Below, in pieces: positions 1 through 7,714 of a stretch of DNA of 47,952 bases. A program made the translations under genes and the position numbers. The first letter of the stretch is position 1. The number at the start of each line of letters is the position of its first letter. Source of the DNA: a virus. Taxonomy: Duplodnaviria; Caudoviricetes. Where the stretch lies: positions 1 to 47,952 of the IMG/VR virus record IMGVR_UViG_3300037427_003832; one strand, given 5' to 3'. A model generated the notes under the pieces. It saw only the letters and a list, made by a program, of their open reading frames with translations. It did not search any database and was not told the DNA's origin.

Positions 1-361
1 ACTCAAGGGAGAACGTCTCCCAGTGCTTTTCGTCGAATAGGTAAGCAGGGGATTCAGGGTTGTCTCGCCAGTGTGATGTCATGGAGCTGTTGCCGCTATC
101 GAAGACGCTGAACGACTTGATAGGGTCCACCTCAATGCTCCAGTCGAGATCGGTCTGCCCGTTCCACTGTGATGTCTTAGCCTTCTCGTACAGCTTGTCT
201 AGTCTAGGGCGCTCGCCTTTAGTGTAGTCCCAAGTGAAGAGGGCGGCAGCCTGATCCTTCACAGCATGCAGTACCTCGTCAGGGTCGGCGTTTGTGGAAG
301 CGATGGAGTCAATATCGTTGACATGGGCTCTGCCCAGTATCTGACTGTCCTCCCTAGGCAC
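1..361 (-). CDS. Ferritin-like diiron protein (AurF-like/diiron oxygenase family), runs off the left edge
   Basis: Not in the ORF track. Manual translation from GTG 361 gives MPREDSQILGRAHVNDIDSIASTNADPDEVLHAVKDQAAALFTWDYTKGERPRLDKLYEKAKTSQWNGQTDLDWSIEVDP..., open to base 1. The LYEKAKxxQWN...DLDW motif is typical of the N-terminus of actinobacterial ferritin-like proteins. The start overlaps the ferredoxin stop. Confidence 0.7.
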   Translation of the reverse strand, partial: MPREDSQILGRAHVNDIDSIASTNADPDEVLHAVKDQAAALFTWDYTKGERPRLDKLYEKAKTSQWNGQTDLDWSIEVDPIKSFSVFDSGNSSMTSHWRDNPESPAYLFDEKHWETFSLE

Positions 362-641
362 CTTCTACCTCAAGGTAGATGCATTCGCCCGGACATTCTT
401 CGGCGGCATCTATGCAGGACTCGAGTAGCTCATCAGGTACGCTCGCCATCCCGTCGGCCATCTGGAGTATAGGGTCGTTGGTTGCTGTCTTGCCGTCCTT
501 AGAGTACAGGGTAGGCCAGCCCGCTTCTTTCACGTAGGCTAAGCCGTCCTCATGCATTTCGAATATAGCAGGCTCTATTTCTGCGCAGAGCCCATCACCC
601 GTGCACAGGTCTTGATCAATCCATACTTTAACGCCGCTCAT
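354..641 (-). CDS. Ferredoxin (3Fe-4S/4Fe-4S, actinobacterial type)
   Basis: IDQDLCTGDGLCAEI...AAEECPGECI motif; TATAAT directly upstream of the ATG. Confidence 0.9.
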   Translation of the reverse strand: MSGVKVWIDQDLCTGDGLCAEIEPAIFEMHEDGLAYVKEAGWPTLYSKDGKTATNDPILQMADGMASVPDELLESCIDAAEECPGECIYLEVEGA

Positions 642-654
642 ATAGATATTATAT

Positions 655-1395
655 TCAGAAGATCGACGGCTGAGTTACATGATTACTAATTCTATTGCTC
701 GCCATATCGACATACTCCTGTGAGAGCTCAATGCCTACCCAGTCCCTACCATGGTTACGGGCAGCAAGGCCTGTTGTCCCACTACCCATGAATGGGTCAA
801 GTACTCGCCTAGCAGTAGTAGATGACACGACACGGTCAGCTAGCTCGACAGGGAAGGGGGCAGGGTGTGGGTTGCCCCTCGCCTGCGTGATCTGCCAGAC
901 ATCGCCGTGCTTGTTCGCCTGCGGTGCTAACACGAAGTTGGGCTTAGCTATGAGGTAGATGACTTCGTATGTTGGCAGGAAGTAGCCCTTGTTGAAGTTC
1001 ATGCCTCCACTGCGTTGCCAGATGATGATCTGCCTGACGGGGAAGTCGGCAACGATGTCTTGCCTGTCCTGAAGCACGCCCTTCTGTACTCGCCACTTGT
1101 GGTTGTAAAAGATCGCCCCATCATCAGTGAGTAGCCGATACATCTCCGAGAGACACGCCCTCTGCCAGTCAACGTACTCATCGTGGGGCATGTTGTCATC
1201 ATGGGCCTCATAGCCGTTGATGAGTGCCGCATTAGACCACTTACCCTTACCACCTTGCATGCCGTTGCCCGTCGAGTTCTTGAGGTTGTACGGAGGTGAT
1301 GTGAGGATAAGGCCAAAGGACTCATCAGGCCATTCACGCATCTGAGTTAGAGAGTCATTGCAGTATATGTGGTTGCTCAGTATCTCAGAACTCAT
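655..1395 (-). CDS. Site-specific DNA methyltransferase (N4-C/N6-A, beta class)
   Basis: TSPPY catalytic motif precedes HPAPFP and the DPFMGSGTTG SAM-binding motif; start trimmed to MSSEIL. Confidence 0.92.
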   Translation of the reverse strand: MSSEILSNHIYCNDSLTQMREWPDESFGLILTSPPYNLKNSTGNGMQGGKGKWSNAALINGYEAHDDNMPHDEYVDWQRACLSEMYRLLTDDGAIFYNHKWRVQKGVLQDRQDIVADFPVRQIIIWQRSGGMNFNKGYFLPTYEVIYLIAKPNFVLAPQANKHGDVWQITQARGNPHPAPFPVELADRVVSSTTARRVLDPFMGSGTTGLAARNHGRDWVGIELSQEYVDMASNRISNHVTQPSIF

Positions 1396-1954
1396 ACAGG
1401 TCTTTTGGGTCGGTGTCATCATGCTCGCCTATAGGCGGGTCAGCGGGCTTCTCATCATCGGACTCTTCTGCAGCTTCATGGAGTTGCTTCCAGAGTTCTT
1501 GAGTGCGCTCTTCTTCATCAAGTAGCTTCTCGAACTCGGGGTCAGCTTCAGCAAGCTTCATGTAGGCTTCAGTAGCTGCAATGATACGAGCAGTGCTGAT
1601 CTCTTCATCGTGTTCATCATCTACATGCAAGTCTTCTGTAGTCGCAGAGTCATGTAAGTTTAAGTCAATCGGACAGAACTGGTCTATGAAGATAGGGGTG
1701 TTGTCCCCTTCGAAGCTGTCGAAGAAGTGCTCATCAGCATAGACAGCTAGTTCAGAAGCAGTCATAGTAGGGTGCTTCTCGGCTAGTATCTCAAGAACTA
1801 TCTGCACTGAGTAGGCGATGAGTGCACGATTACCGTTTATATCACGAAAGGTGGTGGTGCCGATGATGGCGTCATCGAATCCGTCGATGTACAGTGCGGA
1901 TGGGTTCGTACTGCGAATGTGTCGGTCTAGTGCCTTTTTGTCCATTTTGTCCAT
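1385..1954 (-). CDS. Hypothetical phage protein (DGFDDAIIG family) with acidic C-terminal extension
   Basis: ORF with DGFDDAIIG...YS...G..TPIF; paralog of 2840..3133. Confidence 0.75.
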   Translation of the reverse strand: MDKMDKKALDRHIRSTNPSALYIDGFDDAIIGTTTFRDINGNRALIAYSVQIVLEILAEKHPTMTASELAVYADEHFFDSFEGDNTPIFIDQFCPIDLNLHDSATTEDLHVDDEHDEEISTARIIAATEAYMKLAEADPEFEKLLDEEERTQELWKQLHEAAEESDDEKPADPPIGEHDDTDPKDLYEF

Positions 1955-1958
1955 ATAT

Positions 1959-2273
1959 CTACTCTATCCGTCTATCATCAAAAGTCAAGTCTCTCATGTC
2001 AGAGGGGAAAGATAAGATAGCTGTTCTAGGTAATTCCCCGATTGCAGTAGAGCAAGGCTCACAGTATATGAAGACTCCGATTAAAGCCCCTTCAAGTATG
2101 ACTCGATCAGCTAGGCTCAGATCAAGCTCATCAAGAGAGCGGGTCCCTGATCGAAGCTGTAGCCAAACTGTGGAGTCTATCTCAGTAGTCGCCATCTCAT
2201 TGCAGCTGATACACTTCGCCTGTTTGCTCGCCATGTGCTCGCCATGCGCGAGCGAAAAGGGTTGGTCAGTCAT
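1959..2273 (-). CDS. Hypothetical protein, possible Zn-binding (CxxC...CxxC)
   Basis: CISC and CEPC pairs; packs tightly into the minus-strand operon. Confidence 0.65.
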   Translation of the reverse strand: MTDQPFSLAHGEHMASKQAKCISCNEMATTEIDSTVWLQLRSGTRSLDELDLSLADRVILEGALIGVFIYCEPCSTAIGELPRTAILSFPSDMRDLTFDDRRIE

Positions 2274-2412
2274 CAGATGCGCTCTTAGCAGTAGTGAGCA
2301 TGTCTAGCATCACATCTTGCAACTCATCAGATGAGAACATCGAGCGTTCAGCAGTGAGCTTGAGCATCTCTTCAATCTGGGATATGAGCGAATCAATCGC
2401 ATCTATAGTCAT
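2266..2412 (-). CDS. Small hypothetical protein (48 aa)
   Basis: Manual: MTIDAIDSLISQIEEMLKLTAERSMFSSDELQDVMLDMLTTAKSASDD; TTGATG-N17-TAGAAT ends 6 nt before the ATG; stop overlaps the next start. Confidence 0.65.
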   Translation of the reverse strand: MTIDAIDSLISQIEEMLKLTAERSMFSSDELQDVMLDMLTTAKSASDD

Positions 2413-2421
2413 ACAGTTATT

Positions 2422-2562
2422 CTACTGAGATAACTGGTCAACATCAAGTGGCTGAGGTTCCGCACCGAGTAACAGCAGTTCACTGGCTTGTTCCCAGAAC
2501 AGGGCAGGAGAGCACTCATTGGCGAGGTACACACCTGCGATAAGTCGATCAATGGTGTTCAT
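2422..2562 (-). CDS. Small hypothetical protein (46 aa)
   Basis: Manual: MNTIDRLIAGVYLANECSPALFWEQASELLLLGAEPQPLDVDQLSQ; fills the gap in the minus-strand run. Confidence 0.5.
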   Translation of the reverse strand: MNTIDRLIAGVYLANECSPALFWEQASELLLLGAEPQPLDVDQLSQ

Positions 2563-2706
2563 GCTAATACGCTATTACAGAAACATGGCAATATGTGCAG
2601 TTTTATTGACTATAATACAGTGCGTATGTGGCATGGGCTGATGAGGTGAGAGTGATGAAGGGTAAAGAGCTGCTATAATACGAGGTACACAAGATAAGGG
2701 TTGCAA

Positions 2707-2829
2707 ATGACAGAAGAGTACAATAGAATAATTAAATACAAGTGCGACAAATGCAAACTGCATGTCGAAGCGATAGACACAGCTACCGTATGGTGCCCGA
2801 AGGGACACTTGATGGAAGCTCAAGACTAG
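2707..2829 (+). CDS. Small zinc-ribbon-like protein (40 aa)
   Basis: Manual: MTEEYNRIIKYKCDKCKLHVEAIDTATVWCPKGHLMEAQD (CxxC...CxxGH). Confidence 0.55.
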   Translation: MTEEYNRIIKYKCDKCKLHVEAIDTATVWCPKGHLMEAQD

Positions 2830-2839
2830 GAGACACTAA

Positions 2840-3133
2840 GTGTTAGACAACAGAGAGATGCTACACAAAGAGCTAAGCAGCATGGGCGAGAACGAAGTAC
2901 TGTTCATGGACGGTGACGGATTCGACGAGGCTATCATCGGCATAGGCAGTCAGTACGGATCAGAGCTATCGGTAGTATACGACGAAGCTAAGCTAGTCGA
3001 AGCACTCATGGAGCAAGGCATGGACTCAGACGATGCATGGGAGTACTACTACATCAACATCAAGCACAGCTACGTAGGGAGACACACTCCCATCATACTA
3101 GAGACAGTCAACTCAATAAGAGAAAGGTTCTAA
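2840..3133 (+). CDS. Hypothetical phage protein (DGFDEAIIG family)
   Basis: AGGAG RBS before the GTG; DGFDEAIIG...VVYD...A.EY..YN....YVG..TP motif. Confidence 0.8.
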   Translation: MLDNREMLHKELSSMGENEVLFMDGDGFDEAIIGIGSQYGSELSVVYDEAKLVEALMEQGMDSDDAWEYYYINIKHSYVGRHTPIILETVNSIRERF

Positions 3134-3137
3134 GACA

Positions 3138-3278
3138 ATGGCAAGGAAAGCACCTGCATTCATTGAACGATCAAGTCGAACGAATAGGAAACGCAAAGGA
3201 GTACACGCTAAGAAGGGTAGCTCTAGTCTGAAGCAATCAAAGCTGTACAAGAAGAAGTACAACAGACAAGGAAGGTAA
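3138..3278 (+). CDS. Small highly basic protein (46 aa)
   Basis: Manual: MARKAPAFIERSSRTNRKRKGVHAKKGSSSLKQSKLYKKKYNRQGR; the YKKKYxxQGR ending resembles small basic peptides of aquatic phages. Confidence 0.65.
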   Translation: MARKAPAFIERSSRTNRKRKGVHAKKGSSSLKQSKLYKKKYNRQGR

Positions 3279-3283
3279 CACAA

Positions 3284-3352
3284 GTGGGTATCTGGATACT
3301 GCTAGGCATAGGGGTACTACTCTGGTGCATAGTTGCTGGATCAATGCTATAG
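3284..3352 (+). CDS. Possible single-TM micropeptide (22 aa)
   Basis: Manual: MGIWILLGIGVLLWCIVAGSML; GGAAGG upstream. Confidence 0.35.
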   Translation: MGIWILLGIGVLLWCIVAGSML

Positions 3353-3399
3353 AACGCTCGCCATAGTGCTCGCCATGAGCGGCGGCAAAGGACACAACA

Positions 3400-3651
3400 A
3401 TGAATCAATACTACGACACAACACACTACTACACAACAACACACAGCGACATATGGCTATGCGACGACCTAGGCGAACTGCGACGAATGGCCGAACACCA
3501 AACTGCCGACATAACCCGACTACACAGAGACAACACACAACTCAAACAACAAGTAGCTCATCTCACAGAACAAAACAACCGCAGCATCACCCAACAAATA
3601 AGAGCTCGTTTTAGCGCTCGTTTTAGCGCTCGTTCTACAGACAGTCGCTAA
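3400..3651 (+). CDS. Hypothetical coiled-coil protein
   Basis: AAGGA RBS; heptad-like segment LHRDNTQLKQQVAHLTEQN. Confidence 0.5.
   Translation: MNQYYDTTHYYTTTHSDIWLCDDLGELRRMAEHQTADITRLHRDNTQLKQQVAHLTEQNNRSITQQIRARFSARFSARSTDSR
3603..3633 (+). repeat. Tandem 12-bp repeat GCTCGTTTTAGC (~2.5 copies)
   Basis: agctcgttttagcgctcgttttagcgctcgtt seen directly. Confidence 0.8.
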
Positions 3652-3731
3652 CAACACTACCACGACAAACACAACACAAACATACAGAAAGTAACAGACA
3701 ACACACACAGTTAGTACTGTAGACTATACGC

Positions 3732-3824
3732 ATGAGAGAACACACCGACAACGAACAATGCGAATGCGAACCAACTCACGAATGCACAGCTGACAACAAC
3801 TGCGGCTGTACCTGCTGGCAGTAG
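3732..3824 (+). CDS. Cys-rich micro-protein (30 aa), metallothionein-like
   Basis: Manual: MREHTDNEQCECEPTHECTADNNCGCTCWQ; a TAGACT -10 box ends 6 nt before the ATG. Confidence 0.45.
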   Translation: MREHTDNEQCECEPTHECTADNNCGCTCWQ

Positions 3825-3914
3825 CACGCAGCAAACGCAAACGTATATAGTTCAAACTTTTTGGAGCGACCTATACCGGCTGGCTGGCTTTGTGTGGTTG
3901 CTTTGGTGGTTGGT

Positions 3915-5816
3915 TCAGTTTGTGTTTTCTGGTGGTTGTAGGAGTTGGTGTAGGTTTGGTGGTGTGTGGCTGATTGCTGGGTCTGTGTTTTCTGCTTTTT
4001 TGGTGATTGTGTTGTAGATGTGTTGGTCTATGGTGTTGGGGATTAGCATGTTGTGGATGGTTACGGGTTGGGTTTGTCCTATTCGGTGGATTCGGGCTGT
4101 TGTTTGTCGGTATTGGGCTGGTGTCCAAGGTGGTTCGATTATTAGCATGTTTGTGGCTGCTGTTAGTGTGTGTCCGTGGCTGGCGGCTGTTATGCTTATG
4201 GTGATGTTTGTTGGGTTTGTGCTTTCTTGGAATTTGGTTTTTGCGGTTTCGGTTTTTTGGGGGGTTTGTCCTCCGATTATCATGAGTCCGCTGGTTTCGT
4301 TGGCTATGGTTTGTACTATGTGGCGGTGGTGGGCGGCTATGACGATTTTGTGTCCTTGTTCGTTTGCGTTTTGTATCCATTCTAGGGCGGTTTTGATTTT
4401 GGCTTGTGCGACTATTTTTCGGAGTTCTGTGAGTTGGATTAGGGTTTCGTGGTTTTGGGTTGCGAAGTGTGCTCGGATTCGGGCGGCTGTTGGGTTTTTG
4501 CCTTCTTGTAGGGCTAGTTTTTCTTTTTCTTCTTCGTAGTAGCTTTGTAGGTCGTTGAGGGCGTGGTTGTATTCTTTTTTGTGTTTGGGGTTCATTTCTA
4601 CGGTTATTGTGTTGTATGTCATGGGTGGTAGGTCTGGGAGGACGTCTTGTTTTTCTCTGCGGATGTAGCAGTGGGTTTTGAGGTTGTTGTGGAGTTCTTT
4701 TAGGTTTGAGGCTCCGTGTGTTTGCCAGTGGCCCCAGTTGTCTTTGTAGGCGTTGCAGTAGCGTTTGTAGAAGTTCCATATTCCGCCGAATTGGTCGATT
4801 TTGTTTAGGATTTCGAGTTGGGGTGCGTATTCTGCTGGTCGGTTGGTGATTGGGGTTCCTGTGAGGAGTAGTATGTTGCCTTCTGGTGGTATGGTTTTGG
4901 CTAGGTATTTTGCGGCTTTGGTTCGTTGTGCTGTTCTGTTTTTGCAGTAGTGTGATTCGTCTAGGATTAGTGTGTTGTAGTTTTGTTCTTTGAGTGTTGT
5001 TTTGTGGTGGTGTATGTTGGGGTAGCCGATTATGGTGTAGTCGGTGTTGGTCATTTGGAGGGTTTTGCGTCCGGCGATTTGTTGGATTGTTCTTTCTGGT
5101 AGTGCTTCGTTGATTTTGTTTGCCCAGTCTTGTACGAGGCTTGAGGGGCATACGATTAGGGCTGGGTATTGGTTTGTGTATTCTGTGGTTGCTAGGGCTT
5201 GTAGGCTTTTTCCTAGTCCCATTTCGTCTGCTATGAAGCATTTGTGTTTTTCGGAGGCGTATGCTACGCCTGCTCGTTGGTATGGGTAGAGTTCTAGTTG
5301 TATGTTTGGGACTGTTATGTTTGCGTCTGTGGCTTGGGATAGTTTTGTGGCGTGTTGTGCTTGTTTTGTTTCTATTTCGACTTGTTCTCGCATGTGGTCG
5401 GGTATGGGTATGTTGTAGGTGTCTGCCCATTTGATTACGTCGTTTATGACGGAGTATGGTGCTTCCCATTTGTTTGTGAGCGCATTCCATTTGATTCCGG
5501 TGATTGTTTTGAGGCTTTTTACGGTTAGTGTGTCGTATGGGAGGGTAATTATGAGTTTGCCGTTTTTAAGTCTTATGGAGGTATCTCCGATTGGGTGGTC
5601 TGGTAGTTGTAGCCGTATGAGTTCTTGGCTGATTTCTATGTTCCACGATTTTGCGAAGTCGAGGGCTGTTTTGAGGTGGGGTAGTGGTATTCGCCATACT
5701 TTGTTTAGTTTGTCCCAACGTGCTTGTGGTATTCCGTTTTTGAGTGCTCTGACTTCGTCTGGGTTGTATGGTGTGTCTAGGACTACGTGTGTTCCGTCTA
5801 GTTTCAGTATTTTCAT
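3915..5816 (-). CDS. SNF2-family helicase with two N-terminal HARP-like domains (SMARCAL1-like)
   Basis: DEMGLGKS (motif I), DESH (II), LLLTGTPITNRP (III), RIHRIGQ (VI); duplicated PY..W....K.W..P segments at the N-terminus. Confidence 0.9.
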   Translation of the reverse strand: MKILKLDGTHVVLDTPYNPDEVRALKNGIPQARWDKLNKVWRIPLPHLKTALDFAKSWNIEISQELIRLQLPDHPIGDTSIRLKNGKLIITLPYDTLTVKSLKTITGIKWNALTNKWEAPYSVINDVIKWADTYNIPIPDHMREQVEIETKQAQHATKLSQATDANITVPNIQLELYPYQRAGVAYASEKHKCFIADEMGLGKSLQALATTEYTNQYPALIVCPSSLVQDWANKINEALPERTIQQIAGRKTLQMTNTDYTIIGYPNIHHHKTTLKEQNYNTLILDESHYCKNRTAQRTKAAKYLAKTIPPEGNILLLTGTPITNRPAEYAPQLEILNKIDQFGGIWNFYKRYCNAYKDNWGHWQTHGASNLKELHNNLKTHCYIRREKQDVLPDLPPMTYNTITVEMNPKHKKEYNHALNDLQSYYEEEKEKLALQEGKNPTAARIRAHFATQNHETLIQLTELRKIVAQAKIKTALEWIQNANEQGHKIVIAAHHRHIVQTIANETSGLMIIGGQTPQKTETAKTKFQESTNPTNITISITAASHGHTLTAATNMLIIEPPWTPAQYRQTTARIHRIGQTQPVTIHNMLIPNTIDQHIYNTITKKAENTDPAISHTPPNLHQLLQPPENTN

Positions 5817-5822
5817 TGCATT

Positions 5823-6518
5823 TTATGGTGCTTTTCTATCGTTTATTAGGAATGAGTTGTATGTTACGGGCATGTGGTCCCATAGGAAGCATTCCATTGC
5901 TGATGAGTAGTCTTGTATTTCTTTTTGGGCTGTTTTGTGTCCTCGTAGTTCTGCGAAGTGCATGAGTGCTCTTGCGTTTGTTGTTGCGTAGAATTCTGTG
6001 TATGTTCCTACTGGGATTACAAGTCTTGCGATTTCTTTAGCTACGTTTTTTGATAGGAGTAGGTCGTATTGGTCGAATGCGTTGTAGTATGCTCGTTTTA
6101 TTACGGCTTTTGCTATTCCGGTGTCCCATTCTTCCATTTGTTCAAATGTGTAGTTTCCGGGTTTGCCTACTTGTGTTCGCATATTTTCGTCAGATGGTGT
6201 GTAGTATTCGTTGTTGATTACTGAGTATCTGCCGGAGTATTCGTTGTATGACCATCCTATTCTGTGTCTGAACCATTCTCTGGCTACAAATATGGGGGCT
6301 TTTACGTGGAATCGAAAGAAGTTGTGTTCGAATGGTGTTCCGTGTTGTTCTCGCATTAGAAAGTTTATGAGCTGTGTGTCTTCTTTTTCTAATTCTTTTT
6401 TGTGTTTGCCGAAGCTTACTCGTGCAGAGTTTACTACGCTAAGGTCATCTGCGTATACTCCGTCTAGCCTTACGAATCCGTTGTCTAGTACTTTGATTTC
6501 TGTTCTGTCTTGTTCCAT
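5823..6518 (-). CDS. thyX: Flavin-dependent thymidylate synthase
   Basis: ARVSF, HGTPFEH and APIFVAREWFRHR...SYNEYSGRY ThyX motifs. Confidence 0.96.
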   Translation of the reverse strand: MEQDRTEIKVLDNGFVRLDGVYADDLSVVNSARVSFGKHKKELEKEDTQLINFLMREQHGTPFEHNFFRFHVKAPIFVAREWFRHRIGWSYNEYSGRYSVINNEYYTPSDENMRTQVGKPGNYTFEQMEEWDTGIAKAVIKRAYYNAFDQYDLLLSKNVAKEIARLVIPVGTYTEFYATTNARALMHFAELRGHKTAQKEIQDYSSAMECFLWDHMPVTYNSFLINDRKAP

Positions 6519-7567
6519 TATTCAACTAGCCATTCTGGTCGGTTCATTGTCCATTTTACTGTTCTTTCGAATGACTCGTGTACTGGTATTGGTGCATTCC
6601 AACCGTATTCTTTTAGTTTTGTGCCGTCTAGTGAATATCGCAAGTCATGACCGGGTCTACTTGAGTGGAAGTCTACTAGTTTGTAGTTGGGTTCTTTTCC
6701 AATTATTTTAGAAATTATTTTTACGATTTCTAGGTTGTCAATTTCTTTTTCTCCCGCAATGTTGAATCGTTGAATGTCTGGAGTTTCATTGGTATCCACA
6801 TAGTCGTGTGCATCTACGTTTTCTAATATAAACTGAATAGCATCTGCGTGGTTTCTGGCGTGTAGCCAAACCCTTGACCCAATTGTCCACGCATTTTCTT
6901 CAGTTTCAGCAAAGCTGTTGTCAGGGTGTGGTTTGCCGTGTATTTCTATGAGGTCCCCTGATAATGTTTTTTTAATAACCATTGGAATATACTTCTCTGG
7001 GTGTTGGCGTTCTCCAAAGTTATTCATTGTGTTTGTTATCATGACAGGAACGTTGTATGTTCGCCAATAGGCGTATGCAATTGATTCCTGTGCTGATTTA
7101 GAAGCGGAGTATGGGTTTGAAGGACGGTGTGGTTCTCCTTCAGAGTGATCGTGCCCTAATGGGGCGGGACCATATACTTCGTCTGTTGAAATTTGAATAA
7201 ACTTTTCGGGTTTAACTTCTCGAGCATATTCCAGCATGTTTAAGACGAGACTGACATTGTTTTGTATAAAGTCAACTGGGTGGGTTATTGATCTGTCAAC
7301 GTGTGAGTCAGATGCCATGTTTACAATGTAGTCAACTTGCCCAATTTTGGATTTAATTTGTGAGTGCAGTGGGGCTCTCATGTCGTGCCAAACAACTGAT
7401 ACACGGTTAGGGTCATACCCTTCTATGTCTGTGAGCCGTTCAATTCGTCCAGAGAAGCGTAGTGCGTCTACAACTATAATGTCCCAATCAGTGTTTTTAA
7501 GCCAATGTTCTACTGTGTGACATCCTATGAATCCTAGCCCACCTGTTAGTAATACTCTTTTGCTCAT
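6518..7567 (-). CDS. rfbB: dTDP-glucose 4,6-dehydratase-like NAD-dependent epimerase/dehydratase
   Basis: TGGLGFIG, SHVDRSI, STDEVYG, PYSASK, RPGHDLRY; start trimmed to MSKRVLL with AAGGA RBS. Confidence 0.88.
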   Translation of the reverse strand: MSKRVLLTGGLGFIGCHTVEHWLKNTDWDIIVVDALRFSGRIERLTDIEGYDPNRVSVVWHDMRAPLHSQIKSKIGQVDYIVNMASDSHVDRSITHPVDFIQNNVSLVLNMLEYAREVKPEKFIQISTDEVYGPAPLGHDHSEGEPHRPSNPYSASKSAQESIAYAYWRTYNVPVMITNTMNNFGERQHPEKYIPMVIKKTLSGDLIEIHGKPHPDNSFAETEENAWTIGSRVWLHARNHADAIQFILENVDAHDYVDTNETPDIQRFNIAGEKEIDNLEIVKIISKIIGKEPNYKLVDFHSSRPGHDLRYSLDGTKLKEYGWNAPIPVHESFERTVKWTMNRPEWLVE

Positions 7568-7585
7568 TTGATTTCCTTGTTTTGT

Positions 7586-7629
7586 AAAAGTTAACCTCGG
7601 CACATATGGGGAGCTGCACCGAGGTTAAC
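7586..7629 (-). terminator. Rho-independent terminator-like hairpin
   Basis: 11-bp inverted repeat GTTAACCTCGG (7590-7600) / CCGAGGTTAAC (7619-7629), followed by TTTT on the minus strand. Confidence 0.65.
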
Positions 7630-7677
7630 GATCATTACCTGCATACATTATGCTATTTATTGTATTTAGGGTGATTA
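7586..7677 (-). ncRNA. Candidate ~90-nt antisense sRNA
   Basis: Lies between a TTGACA-N17-TAGAGT promoter and a terminator; no ORF; 20-nt perfect complement of 12569-12588. Confidence 0.55.
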
Positions 7678-7682
7678 CTTAT

Positions 7683-7711
7683 ACTCTATTAATGTTTGCT
7701 TTTTGTGTCAA
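7683..7711 (-). promoter_or_regulatory. sigma70/SigA-type promoter
   Basis: TTGACA-N17-TAGAGT on the minus strand. Confidence 0.7.
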
Positions 7712-7714
7712 GTC

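Noticed and set aside
3871-5490. 539-aa alternative-frame ORF overlapping the SNF2 helicase
   Set aside because: Low-complexity R/T/P/N/H sequence. Stop codons are absent because the strand is T-poor, so this is a by-product of the skew.
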